Source: Eledone cirrhosa (Eukaryota). Taken from it: a stretch of 64,000 nt of DNA. The translations under genes and the position numbers were made by a program. Location: contig OZ024742.1 of assembly GCA_964016885.1 (NCBI GenBank), positions 276,954,001-277,018,000 on the forward strand. Direction: 5' to 3'. This document shows, piece by piece, positions 44,821 to 57,830 of the stretch (the stretch's first letter is position 1; each line of letters opens with the position of its first letter). The notes below the pieces were generated by a model. The model had not been told where the DNA came from and did not search any database. It saw only the letters and a program-made list of their open reading frames with translations.

Positions 44821-44821
44821 T

Positions 44822-45015
44822 CTCCCACACCATGCTGCTCTCAGTGACATTATAAAGTATGGCCTGAATGACACAGGCTACCTTTCCCAGCTCAAGCCAG
44901 CAGGGCTGGACAAAGGGGATGGTAAAAAGCCAGACAGCATGACAATCTTCCCATTCCATGGGGGTAGGCCCCTCATCTGGGATCCCATATGTTGTGACAC
45001 CTCTAGTGGCAACCT
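44822..45015 (+). mobile_element. CRE-like RLE endonuclease fragment
   Basis: GLDKGDGKKPDSMTIFPFHGGRPLIWDPICCDT fits the RPD...WD.T..DT RLE motif. Confidence 0.6.
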
Positions 45016-45049
45016 GGTGTATGTACATGCATACATATATATATATATT

Positions 45050-45505
45050 AATTGCTGAGATGCTAAAAGGCATGCTAGGGTATGAACTAGTCAGATACAT
45101 AGTGAATCAAGTTGTACAGGATAGTGTCATACCCAATGACTGGTGCAGGAGTATTATCGTAAATTGCTACAAAGGCAATGCTCTAGAGAGAAGTAACTAC
45201 AGATGCATCAAGTTAATGGACCAGGTCATGAAAGTTACTAAAAGGGTTATAGCACATTTAATTAGGGATAGAATCAAGTTAGATGCAATTTGGATTTATG
45301 CCAGGTAGAGGTACTACCAATGCCCTCTTTCTGGTGAGACAACTACAGGAGAGGTACTTACCTAAGAGTAAGCCACTGTTTCTAGCATTTGTAGATCTGG
45401 AGAAAGTCTTTGACAGGGTCCTCCACTCTATAATCTGGTGGGCACTTAGGTAGCTAGGTATAAAATGGCTTGTGAGGGCCAGACAGGGCATGTGTAAAGG
45501 AGCAA
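45050..45505 (+). mobile_element. RTE RT fragment following (TA)n
   Basis: IAEMLK, IPNDWCRSIIVNCYKG, IKLMDQVMKV, AFVDLEKVFDRV. Confidence 0.85.
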
Positions 45506-45644
45506 TCAGTGCCTAATTAATTCATCCTCATCTGATCTTGTTGGAATTATTACTGCTGTACTGCATAGAGTTCTAACAGCATTATTGGTCCTACCACAGT
45601 CAGGTAGATACCAATACATACACACACACATATATATATATATT

Positions 45645-45682
45645 ATTTGTCTGCCTCTCTGTTTTGTTCCCGTATAAATTTG

Positions 45683-45717
<35 letters not shown>

Positions 45718-47130
45718 AAAATGGAACGGGAACAAAACAGAGAGGCAGTACAAACAAAGGTTTATTAGTTTGACGCTCTTGAGAGTGGGGGGGGGACGTT
45801 TCAGGCATAAGCCCTTCTTCAGGCGAAAAGTGGATGGGAAGAGAGTTCCGAGGGTGTATGGGGAGTGGTGGAGAGACATTTAGAAAAGGGGGGGGAGGAA
45901 AGGGAGGAAAAACAGTGGAAGGGGTACAAATAAAAATAAAAATGAAGATAAACAGGCGGTGGAAGGGTGTGGGGTGTGTAGGGGTGGTGGTGGGTGGAGT
46001 GGAGAGAGGGAGGCGGGGTATCCGAGCGGGGAGGGCTGAAGGTGGTATATGTGTGTAGGTGTACGTGTGTGTGTGTGTATGTGAGAGTTGGGGGAAGAAC
46101 GAAGTTCCATGTTCAGGAAAAGGTGTGTGTGTGGGGTGGGGTGTAGGTCGGTGTGCGTGTGGATGGGGAGGGGTGGAAAGGATTCCGGAGGCTGAGTGTG
46201 TATATATGTGGGGGTATGCACGTGTGTGTTGGTGTTTATACGTTTTGTGGATGTAGGTGGCGTGGTTCGAAAAAAAATTGTGAGTGTATGTCCGTGGGTA
46301 AGTTCCTAAGGTAGTTCCGTAGAGGGTGTGAAGAGTTGCTGGATATTTTCCATGTTAAGGAGTGGATAGTGGGAACGATGGCCAATGGTGTGTAATACGT
46401 GGTTGTGGTAGTCGGCAGAAGGGAGATGTGGGGTGCGTGAGCAACAAGAAGTGGTCAGAGGGTCAAGGCAGGATGAGGGTAGAGGAAAATGACAGGTGGA
46501 GAGGACTGTGTGTCTGTGTGCGCGGAGAAGTGGTCAGAGGGTCAAGGCAGCAGAAGGCATAGCAGCAGTAGAGGAGAATGGCAGGTGGAGAAAGTCAGTG
46601 TCAGTGTGTGCGGAGATTCGGTGGACAGGGGAGAGGATGGGTAAGTGTGAAAGGTGGAGTGGGGAGGGGGTCATACGGGGGGATGGGGTGTGTGTTAGTA
46701 GAGGTGTTAGTGGGATGTGTGTGTGTGTGAAGGGGTGTGGGTGGAGCGGGGAGAGGGAAAGAAAGGTGTGGGGGACGGTGGAGGGAGTGTAGTGTACTGG
46801 TGTGTGTGTGCATGTTTGGATGAGTGTGTGTGTGGTGAAGGGGGTGTTAGTGGGTGTTAGTATACTGGTGGTGGGGAAAGGGTTGAATGCGGGTGTGTTA
46901 GTGGGGGTCAGTGGTGGTAGGGTGGTCGGGGGTGTTAGTATTGTTAGTTGTGGGATGGGCGGTGAAAAGGAGGAGTGTGTTAGTGGGGGATATGTGTGTG
47001 TGTGTGGGGGGGAACAGGGCGGTCGAAGGCTAAAGGAATAGGGGTGGGGAGTTCAGGCCGGGGGGCGTGTGGGTCTGTAGGGTGAAGATGGTGCGTTGTT
47101 CGACCCTGAGGCGGGTAGTGGGTGTTCCGT
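45645..47130 (-). mobile_element. Probable Penelope-like element remnant (inverted ends, hammerhead motif, G-rich low-complexity body)
   Basis: Inverted end duplication 45646-45686 vs 45712-45755 across (TA)n; hammerhead core at 45765-45830. No clear RT or GIY-YIG ORF readable. Confidence 0.45.
45765..45830 (-). ncRNA. Minimal hammerhead ribozyme motif (Penelope/retrozyme type)
   Basis: Minus strand CUGAAGA-A-GGGC(UUAU)GCCU-GAAACG...CGUC; conserved core and GUC cleavage triplet. Confidence 0.6.
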
Positions 47131-47411
47131 TATATATTTATAACTTTAATCTGTACTAATAATAAATATTTGCTCTACGGGTTTATACATACTTTTATAT
47201 ATATACGATCCTTATCAAGCCCTCTTTGAATTTTGGTCTTCGTAATTATTATTACTATATATTTATATATATAATGAAAAATAAAAGTTACGGGCGAAAA
47301 ACACACACATATATATATATATATATAGAATATTGTTGGTATATATTTTTCCGCATTGTGTAAACACACACATTCAAATAGTGTACAAAAGAAAAGGCAA
47401 ATGATACTCAC

Positions 47412-47473
47412 TACTCGAGGATCATCACTCTGAGATAATTTAGAAATTAGTTGTGTTGTCAGTATATGTGGAG
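47412..47473 (-). CDS. DHRS12: DHRS12-like SDR exon
   Basis: (A)PHILTTQLISKLSQSDDPRV; TTTCAG acceptor, GTGAGT donor; 62 nt; phases 1 and 0 fit both neighbours. Confidence 0.88.
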
Positions 47474-47789
47474 CTGAAATATAAAATGGGTAAACATATT
47501 TTTACAGAAGCATATAGGTGTACATATACACTTTTTGAGGATGTATACAATGTAAAATTAAGTTGTTACTGATGAATGAAATGTTGAAATGAAGAGCCAA
47601 AGTCTTGTTGAACTCTTTATCAAAGGTTTGGTTGCCATTTTGTAAAGACTTTTTTTTAACATGGAAGTGTAATATCATGATCCATCCATCATATGCTAGC
47701 ATAGATAAATGCATGTTAAATGATGATGATGATGGACAGAGATGATATCAAGTCACTGAAACTCACAGTGAAGATGATGAAGGATCACA

Positions 47790-48025
47790 TGTGATGCACA
47801 GGGATGATTATAGCTGGGTGAAGAAGTGCCAGGAAATGCTAGTGGTAGGAAGATGTAGTAGAGGAAGACCAAGGAAGACCTGGGCAGAGGTTGTGAGAGC
47901 TGATCTTAACTTGCTGATATTCACAGAGGAGATGACAAAAGAATGTGATGAGTGGAGAGATGCTGTGTTGAAAAGAAGCCGTCCAACCCATCCAAGCATG
48001 GAAAAAAATGGATGAACACGATATA
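47790..48025 (+). mobile_element. RTE subfamily-A-like 3' fragment
   Basis: [44 protein letters not shown]. Confidence 0.85.
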
Positions 48026-48119
48026 TATAATTATGATCATCATCGTTTAATGTCCACCTTCTACGCTAGCATGGGTTAGATGGGATATATATATATATAT
48101 ATATATATATCCATCTAAC

Positions 48120-48440
48120 CCATGTGGTTAGAGCATTGGCCCTGCAATCGAAAGGTTGTGAGTTCAATTCTCAGACCGGGTGATGTGTTGTTTCCTTGAG
48201 CAAGACACTTTATTTCACATTGCTCCAGTTTACTCAGCTGTAGAAATGAGATGATAGGGACTGGAGTCCCTATCATTCCACTGCAAAGTGGTCGTGGAGG
48301 TGCCACGGCAAAAAAGCACCCAGCACTCACTGTAAATGAGGTTGGTGTTAGCTGTAGAAATCAAGCCAGAATCAGTTCCCGTCCCACCCTTGCAAGCAGG
48401 GAAAAAGCGGACGTAAAATGAAATAATGATGATGATGATA
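48120..48440 (+). mobile_element. tRNA-derived CORE-type SINE with RTE-derived 3' tail
   Basis: GTGGTTAGAGC A-box, GAGTTCAATTC B-box, CORE-like CCTTGAGCAAGACACTT..CTCAGCTGTAGAAATGAG, then a tail matching 27210-27370 and 24535-24597. Confidence 0.7.
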
Positions 48441-49072
48441 TATATATATTAAAAAGAAAGAAACGGTTTTATGTATACATCCTCTGTTTATTATATAATC
48501 CTGTTATGCGCTTTGGGTTATTATGCAATCACTTTGATGTCTTTGACATGTGCATAACAGAATTATATAATAAACAGAGGATGTATACATAAAATCGTCT
48601 CTCTTCTTTATAATATTGACACTCCGCCTGATACCTTATAGCTAATACCTTAAGGGACCCACAATGTGGAGTGCTTATGTCTGTTTACACTACAGTTGGT
48701 TAATTAACTGATAAACCAATGTTCCTTTACTTGAATAAATTATATTATATAAAGGAAAAAATTAAAATTTTTCATTATGAAAAAATAATAGTAAGGTTGC
48801 CATATACTATATGCGTTCATATAAACCCCTATCATACAAATATATACACGATGGGTTCCTGCACAGGTTTTGCTTACCAAATTTCACTCAAAAGACATTA
48901 ACCAATCTGAGACTATAGTGCAGAGCATTTGCTCAAGGTGTCAAGCATTAGATGAAACCGAAACTACATGGTTACAAAGTGAACACCAACACCTTAACCA
49001 CACAGCCATACCCATGCCTATACATGTTTGTGTGTGAACAAATGGAGGAAGGAAATGTCAATTATTACTTAC

Positions 49073-49154
49073 CCAGGGTATTAGCAGCAAAGCCAGCATC
49101 CAGCCCATCCAGTGTGACAGTCTTCACATTTAACATAGTACCAGCATTATTGAT
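49073..49154 (-). CDS. DHRS12: DHRS12-like SDR exon with NNAG motif
   Basis: INNAGTMLNVKTVTLDGLDAGFAANTL; TTTTAG/GTAAGT; 82 nt. Confidence 0.93.
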
Positions 49155-50123
49155 CTAAAATATATATATACATATATACATACGTATGTAAAAGGTAAAC
49201 AGAAATAACAAAAATAACAAAACAAATGGCACAGTATATGGAAGAAACATATTAGTTTAATGCTTGAAATAGCAGGAAGAGAGTCTTAACGTTTTGGACA
49301 AGTCCTTCATCAGAAGATAGAGTTAGAAATAGAAGATAAATAGAAAGTAAAGAGTGATGAGAGGAAGAAATGGGGAAAATGAGAAAAAGAATTGGGGAGA
49401 AAAAACACATGCATATTCAGTTGGCCATCTTGGAGTGTGAATGTGAATGTGTGTGTGTGTGTGTGAGAGAGGGAGAGAGAGCAAGAAAGAAAGAAATCAA
49501 AATGGAGGATTAAGGATTTCTATACAAATTGTATTATATAGAAAAATGATAAAGATTTAAAAAATTATAAAGATTTTAAAAAAGCACCCAATGTGTTTTT
49601 ATTTTATATACATGTCACATGTACACAACGAAAAAAATTCTTTACATAAAAATATATAGTTTTGTAGTTACATGTTATGTGTAGAGTACACAATGAAAAA
49701 ATAAAATTTATATCAATAAGAATAGTTTTTGTACTTTTGTAATTGACCGGTTTCGCTTTTCAGAAGTTTTTTTCATATTTAATTTACTAGTTTTCCATTT
49801 GTAATGTTCTTGTTGCTTATGTTTTTGTTTTAACCTCTCTTTTTGTCAAACGGTTGATTTCTTTGTTCTTGCTATGCATGCACTTTGAAAATCAAAGAAA
49901 TATTTATTAGGATATGTGTTTTGATCAGAACATAATAGCGTAGAGAAATTTATGTCCAAATCATACCTTTATTCATAAATGTTTATCTGCTGTTTATGAA
50001 AAATTAGGGAGATACATAGAAAATTCCATTTTTGGCGACAAAAAATAAAGGGCTGATTTTGTATGGGATTAACTTCTACATGAGTATATGCAGTATTTGA
50101 ATATCTTATGAGAAGTCACTTAC

Positions 50124-50219
50124 CAGAATATCTAGTTTGTGGTCAGATTCAGCAAAGTTCTTGGCCCATTTATAAACATCAGATGGTTTAGATAGATCTA
50201 ATGCATGTATGGTAATCTC
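50124..50219 (-). CDS. DHRS12: DHRS12-like SDR exon
   Basis: EITIHALDLSKPSDVYKWAKNFAESDHKLDIL; TTTCAG/GTAAGT; 96 nt, phase 0/0. Confidence 0.92.
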
Positions 50220-50666
50220 CTGAAAAAGTAACAGAAAAAGAAATGTACAGAGACACATATATGTGCATGTATCAAAGACTGAGAGTACAAGACTCCCACT
50301 GGACAGGATACCAATCCATCAAAGGGTTAAGGCTGTATGTGTGTGTGTATATATATAAAAATATATATATGTATATATAGGTATGTAAACAGAAATAACA
50401 ATATAAACGGTACAGTACATGGAAGGAATATATTAGTTTAACACTTGAAATAGCAGGAAGAAAGTCTTAACGTTTTGGACACTAGTCCTTCATCAGAAGA
50501 AAGAATGAGAAGTTAGAAAGATTGAAGGGACAGGCAGGGCGGAATTGGAAAAAGTGTTTTTAGACAATTTGATAAGACAACTGTACGTTTGGCAAAGTGA
50601 GGTTTAAGCTCAATGTGAGTTGATAATCCATAGGAGCATAGGATCTAGAGCACCTGGAGTTTAGTG

Positions 50667-51397
50667 CAGGGGTCGGCAACCTTTTGGGGTATGTGGGTCA
50701 CATAGCTATGCCGTGTCTCATCACCGGGTCACAAAGCTATGCAGTGTCTCGTCAACAGGCCTTGATATCAAAATATAATAAATTTGTTCGACAACAGACT
50801 GCTCTGTTCAGAAGGCTACCTAAATCCTGGGATTTAAAGGAGAACAATGAATTTTATGTGATATTACTTTAATGACGTTCCTTATTACAAATAAAATACA
50901 GGCAGAAATGGTAAATTGTTTAATGAGATGCTTGTATTTGCCTGTCGTTGGATAACTTCTCTACATCAGGTGAAATATTTGTCGAGGACAGGAATAGAAC
51001 ATTGTCCAGATGGTCAATTTTGTGGATGAAATGAAGTAACTATGCCATACACGCTCACTTGTTTTAAGTACATCTTGGTCATTCCACATCTCTGCCATAT
51101 ACATACTAAGAATGCATGTATATAAACAAATACATGCACCCACACAGTCCCCTTGACCTCGATGTCTAACTATTCTATCTGTCTGAGTTTGATTGTTTGT
51201 TACTGTCACACAAGAAATTACGTTCAGCTAAGTGAGTCTTGTGGCTAAAGGTTTTCTCTAGTCGGTATTCTAATCCAAAATAATTCAGAGCACTTTTTCA
51301 GGGATCACTTAGCCTAAGATTGAAACCTGTTGGTGGGCCAGACAAAAATCTTTTGTGGGCCAAATGTGGCCTGTGGGTCGGGTGTTGCCAACCCTTA
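50667..51397. mobile_element. hAT (Charlie/Buster-like) non-autonomous DNA transposon
   Basis: TIRs CAGGGGTCGGCAAC / GTTGCCAACCCTTA; perfect 8-bp TSD GTTTAGTG (50659-50666, 51398-51405). Confidence 0.85.
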
Positions 51398-51756
51398 GTT
51401 TAGTGTCTCTGAGGAAGATGGTTGATCAAACAGGAATTTCGAGACTAGAAATAGGCAGTGACGTAATAATTACCATACATCAATCTTCCACAATCAATCA
51501 ACTCTCTGAAATGATCGTAAAACAACGAACTAATTAACTATCTATCTCTGACTTTTGTTTTGTTTTCATTGTTCTATACACACACATATATATAAATGAC
51601 TCTGTAACCTGGGCAAATTATTCTTCATCGAGACCTTACGCTGTGGTTGCCTACCACAAAAACTGCTGGAGACACTGCTTAATCTCGCTGAAACTATCTT
51701 TCTAAGGACACATTGAGTTCTAACAATGTTACCGGCTTCACCACAAGCACATGGAA

Positions 51757-51801
<45 letters not shown>

Positions 51802-52410
51802 AATACATATATATACACACACACATTATATATATAAAAACACATACATATATATATCATCATCATCATCTTTTTACACCTGCTTTTCCCTGCTTGCAAA
51901 TATATATATATATATATATATATAAAAACTGATTATCCTTAATTTTTCTTCATCATTCAGGCAAGCATTAATGAAATAGTACATACTTGGTGGCAAATAT
52001 GAAATGATGTTTGTGCATAAAATATCAGTAATTATTTGAAATTGATAGAATTAAGGAAGATTAAAAAAGAGACTAAAGATAATCCAAAGAGAACTGGATT
52101 AACACTGATACTAATCTCTAGAAATTATTTAGTCATTCTCAACACCTTTGGCTTCTGGTGTTACTACAGATCATTAATGAGTGATGAAGAGGATTTGGGG
52201 TTAGTCTGAAGAATAGAAGAGAATGTGGGTTTTTTTTTTTTCCTATAAATTCCAGTCACATTTTTAACAAGCTTTTAGTATAAAAGTACAGATATACATT
52301 GATACATAGATACAATCACACCCCCATCTCCCAACATATTTAGATATGTTTACACAGATCATAACATCCTTACCCCCCCCCCCCCCCCCAACACATATAT
52401 ATATATTTAT

Positions 52411-54152
52411 ATGATCAGAAACGTGAAGTGTTCTGCATTGCAAGGCAGTGTGTCAGTGTAAATTGGGATGTTGTTGGAGAAAAGTGTGTTAGAAATTACA
52501 GTGGAGCATTTAGCACGACTAATGCCTGGAAACGTTACTATAAGAAGCTGATGAACGTAGAAAATGAATGGGATGAGGAGAGACTACCACCAACTTACCT
52601 AACAGAAGGATGAGCTACTGAAATTGGCAGTTATAGGATTAAAGAATCAATCAAGAAGATGAAGAATGGTAAAGCTGCAGGACCATCAGAGATAGTTGCT
52701 GAGATGCTAAAGCATCAGAAGTAGGGGCCAAACTAGTAACCCACATAGTCAATTAGGTAATACAGGATGCAGCAGTACAATCATAAATTGCCACAAGGGT
52801 AAAGGGGATCCTCTAGAAAGGAGCAATTACTGATGAATAAAACTAATGGACCAAGATATGAAAGTGATGGAAAGCGTTATAGCATAGCTAACTAGAGTCA
52901 AATTAGATGAGATGCAATTTGGTTCATGCCTGGGAAAAGTTCTACATATGTCCGCTTCTTAGTAAGACAACTACAAGGGAAGTTCCTAGCCAAGAATAAG
53001 CTGTTATATTTAGCTTTTGTTGATCTAGAAAAGGTCTTTGGCAGAGTTCCTTAATCTATTATCTCATGGTCTTTAAGGAAATTAGGTGAAGAAGAATGGC
53101 CTGTGAGAACAGTGCAGGTTATGTACAGAGAAGCTGACAGTAAAGTGAGAGTAGGAAGTCAGTTTAGTGAGGAATTCAAGGATGAGGTAGGAGTGCATCA
53201 GGGTTCAGTTCTCAGCGCATATAGTTCTCCATGCCTTAACAGAGCAGTTTAAAACTGGTTGTCCATGAGAACTTCTTTACGCAGATGATGTGATGCTTAT
53301 AGCTGAATTCATAAAAGAACCAGAGAATATGTTCCAGCCATGGAAACAGAATTTGGAATCAAAAGGTCTTTGAGTAAATTTAGCCAAAACTAAAGTACTA
53401 GTAAGAAGGAAAGAAGATAGAACCCTGATCCCTTCAGGTAAGTGGCTCTATTCAATATGTAGAAAAGGTGTAGGCATAAACTCAATACCGTATACACAAT
53501 GTAAATCTTGGGTACACAAGAGGTGTAGTGGGATAATGGTTAGACTAACATGAAGAGAGAACTTTGCATGTAGAAAATGCACAGGGGTAATGGAAGGGAA
53601 TAGCGTCAATGATATAAACCTTTTTCAATCACAGGAAGGATTCATAAAAGTGGTTGTTAGCTTCTGCTATCTAGGTGATTTATGTAGCAGCAGAGAAGGG
53701 ATCTCCAAGAGCATAATAGCTAGAATAAGGATAGGATAGAAGAAGTTTAGGGAACTACTAACTCTGTTGACAACAAAAAGTTTCTCCCTTTGTACAAAAA
53801 GATGACTGTATGATGCCTGGGTGTCAAGTGTGATGCTGCATGGTAGTGAAACATGGGCAGTGACTGCTGAGGACATGTGTAGACTGGAGAGAAATGAAGC
53901 AGCCATGCTTCATTGGATATATAATTTGAATAAAAGACATAGCTTGGATGAACTGAAGAAGAAGCAGTGTTTAAGAGGAATCTAAAGTGGTGTGCAAGAG
54001 AAAAGACTGTAGTGGTACAGGCATGTAATATGTGTGGATGATGATTGATGGGTGAAGAAGTGCCAGAAGAGATGACAAAGGAATGTGACGAATTGAGAGA
54101 TGCTGTGCTGAAAAGGTGGTAAAATGGATATAAAAACGATGATGATGATGAT
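52411..54152 (+). mobile_element. Older degraded RTE LINE (PHD-bearing family), 5'-truncated, TA-flanked
   Basis: [58 protein letters not shown]; many stops; (GAT)n tail. Confidence 0.88.
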
Positions 54153-54974
54153 ATATGTAAACACACATACACAAACTCATAACATACAAGGACTTCTTTA
54201 AATAGTAAATGGAACACAAAAAAATAGTAACAGGAGATAGGGATAATATGAGGCACAGGAAAGACAAACAATGAAAGATAGAATCATTTTGACAGAAGTT
54301 ACATAATTGTACATTAAACTAAGGAGCCAGAGGAAGATTAATATGAATGAGGAGTGTATATATGTATGAGGGAGGGAAGTTAGAGGAAAATGAATGTGAA
54401 GAAAGGATGAGTACATGTATTGGAATGGGTGGTGGTGTATTACATGAACTTTAATGTGAGAAAAGGTGAGTATAAGTATAGGAGTTAGCTGGAGAACATA
54501 TTAAATACAAAAGACAGTTTTTGACCCTTCCACTTTAATTCCTTCTTATATTTATTCACTGATGTTGTAAGTGTTATTGTATTCCTACAGAAATGAGGAG
54601 AAATACATTTAAACAATTCACTGAAGAGAATACCATCTTATTTATCTAAGAAACTTTCCGATTATTTATTCATATATCTATCTGTCTATTTATTAATTCA
54701 TTTCTTCGTTTATCCACTTACTGATCTTATTAGTTATTTAGATATTTCTAAATTTAATAAAATAATCTTACCAATAAAATAAAATTGAAAATTCAAAGAT
54801 GGCAGCCAAGAGAGAGAGAAAGAAAGAAAGGGAGAGGGGGGAATAAGGATATAAATGATAGTGAGGTACAAAAAAGAATCAGGAGAGATGATAAAAAGGA
54901 AAGAAAAAATAGAAAGAATAAAGGTGGAAAAAGAAAAAGAAAATGTGGAAAGAAAGGAAGAAATGGTAGAAAGA

Positions 54975-55029
54975 AAGAAAGAGAGAGAGTGAGAAATGTA
55001 GAAAGAGAGAGAGAGAGAGAGAGAGAGAA

Positions 55030-55117
<88 letters not shown>

Positions 55118-55175
55118 GCAGAAAGAAAGAGAGAGAGAAATGCAGAAAGAAAGAGAGAGAGAGAGAGAGAGAGAA
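54975..55175. repeat. (AG)n microsatellite / purine-rich tract
   Basis: Direct reading. Confidence 0.9.
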
Positions 55176-55580
55176 ATGTAAAAAGAAATTAAACAATGGA
55201 ATGGAGGAGAAAGAAAGGCCAAAAGACCAAAAGAATAAAAGACAAAAGAAAGGTGGAGACAAAAATAAAAAAAAGAAAGCAAAGAAACTATTGAATATAA
55301 CATCCATTATATATGGCAAGTCTTCAGAGAAAAGCTAAAAAAAAACAACCTATGTCAAACTAAAGAACTGAATGAAGAACTAAAGTAGAGGAGTTTTGTA
55401 AAATATTCTAACATCACTCATCTCTCATTGTTGCCATAATAGATTATATGAATGTACTGATAAAGATTTAACATCTGCTTTAGCTAGGACACTTTATGGA
55501 TCTAAGAGGAAACATTAGCTAAATAAACCCCATTAAAGAATTATGTGTATACATATGTGTATGAAGTAAACTTCTTTTCT

Positions 55581-56180
55581 TAATAATTGTTTCTACTTTT
55601 GGCACAAGGCCAGCAATTACCCCAGTGCATTACTGGTGCTTTATTTTATTGACCCTGTAAGGATGAAAGGCAAAGTTAACCTCGACAGGATTTGAACTCA
55701 GAACGTAAAGGGCTATAACTCTATGCTGCAAAGCATGATGTCTGATACTTTACTGATACTGCCAAAATGTTTATACTTTAGGCACAAGGCCAGCAATCTG
55801 AAGGGGAGGGGAAAGTTGATTAAACCGACCCCAGTGCTTACTGGTGCTTTATTTTATCGACCCCATAAGGATGAAAGGCAAAGCTAACCTTGGCAGGATT
55901 TGAACTCATAATGTAAAGGGCCATAACTCTATGCCATGGAGCATGTTGTCCGATGCTTTACTGATTCTGCTAATTCACCACCATTTTCTTAATAATTGTT
56001 TCTACTATTGGCACAAGGCCAGAAATTACCCAGTACATTACTGGTACTTTATTTTATCGACTCCGTAAGGATGAAAGGCAAAGTTAACCTCGGCGGGATT
56101 TGAACTCAGAATGGCAAGGGCCGTAACTCTATGCATCAAAGCATGGCGTCCGACCCTCTACCGACACTGCCAATCCACCC
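55581..56180 (-). mobile_element. Tandem array of three tRNA-derived SINEs
   Basis: Three units of the SINE consensus; TTTTCTTAATAAT repeated at the junctions. Confidence 0.88.
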
Positions 56181-56561
56181 TTTTCTTAATAATGTTTATA
56201 TTTGACTCAATTGTTGTTTTTTGTTACTGTTACTGATGATGGAATTGTTATTTTACTGGCGTCAATATTGTTGTACAAGAGAGATGAGAAATAGTAGAAT
56301 TGGTAAAACATTCAATTATATGACTTGCAGTGTTTAGTTATGTCTTATTCTTGCCAGAGTTAATCACTATGTCTATCATCTTTCTAGGGCGATACCAAAC
56401 ATAGGGTTAGTAGTGTCAAAGACATGACAACCTCCCTAGTGTTGGAGATCTACCCAATAACATACCCAGTACATTGTGTAAAGTGGTTGGTGATAGGAAG
56501 GGCATCCAGCTGTAGAAAATATGCCAAACAAAGGGCTGGATGGAGTTTTCAGCTGTGTTAA

Positions 56562-56769
56562 CCATTTAGCATTTATATCACTCTATATATACTATTGTAT
56601 TTTCACAGAAAAGGCTTTATCTCACATAATATCAAATCTACAAGATTTTGATATTATTCATTTTGAGAGCAATACCTTAACATCAGTGTGAGGGGCCAGT
56701 TATGACTGGTTTGACCAGAAAGAGACGAGAGAATTCTGGCCAGATACATCCGGTTTAAATGCTAAAGTG
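56562..56769. mobile_element. piggyBac-like MITE, copy 2
   Basis: TTAA|CCATTTAGCATTT ... AAATGCTAAAGTG|TTAA; body matches 579-781. Confidence 0.8.
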
Positions 56770-57564
56770 TTAAAGACATGGCAGTCTCTCTAATGCTGAT
56801 GTCATGATAAAATGTACTTGGTAGAGTGCAGGAACATATGAAAGCAAGATACGGGCCTGTAGCTGGTGTGAGAACTCTTCAAAATTTCTGGCCATATTCC
56901 AGAATAAGAAATCAACATTGTTATTGCTTGCAGAAATGGGAGAAAGCTGAGAAACATGCATTACAACTATTTAGTTTTGTCACCCTGTGTTTCAAGTTCA
57001 AATTCTACCAAAGTCTTCGATGAGAGGGCCAATAAAATAAGTACCATATATTCTGGTTATTTAGCCTCAGGTTAGCTATGATTTAGCAGACCTAGGGCCA
57101 AAGTTATTCATTTTTTTAAACAATAGGGTATTGTTTAAGGGAATTTCACTGCTATATCTAGCAGGCTGAGCTAGATATATCTCATAGAGGTTCCTGTATT
57201 GACTATTTTTAGAATTTGTATTTTGCACCTATTTTGAAATGAGTACCAGTAATATGGTTGGGTATCATGGAAGATCAAATTGATAGGGTTCGGGACAATT
57301 AATTGAGGTGCTGTCATTAGCACTCTAGTATTATGTCTATGGTTACAACACTTCACTCATACCAACCATTTCAATCTAACTGTAGGTAGGATTAATTACT
57401 ATATTTTGGGGTTTATAAAATACACTAGTGTATAAGATGCATCCTTACTTTGGAGAAAAATGTTTTAGTATTTAAAAGATACTTATTAAGCCGTTTGATA
57501 CTAAACCACCTGAAAATGCCCCAGATTTTGTGATGTTAAAATGTTTATTATAAAGTTGTCAAGG

Positions 57565-57830
57565 AAAGGAAGGTGGTGAATATGGTGGAGCTTACTGTCT
57601 TTTGGGAGGTGAACATCAATGATGTATTAAACAGGAAGGCCAAGAAGTAATGTGAGCTAGTTAAAATCAGTGAAACCTGTGGGTAGGAAGCATCCTGTGT
57701 CCCTGTAGAAGTAGGAGTCAGAGGATTTGTTGGAACAGGGTTGACTTGTTGCTCAGAGGCTTTTGAGGGCCTTATTTGAGACAGTTGAGAAAACAGGCAC
57801 TACATCTGGCTCAAAAGAGATGAATGGTGT
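57565..57830 (+). mobile_element. Hero/NeSL-like RLE C-terminal fragment
   Basis: MVELTVFWE....RKAKK*..L....PVEVGVRGFVG matches the ELTVPWE..RK..KY..PVEVG.RGF consensus. Confidence 0.6.

Noticed and set aside
45834-47100. G/V/C-rich and H/T/P-rich ORFs
   Set aside because: GT-rich low-complexity sequence with no splice or domain support.
54734-55338. RE-, SL- and K-rich ORFs
   Set aside because: Translation of (AG)n and purine-rich low-complexity DNA.
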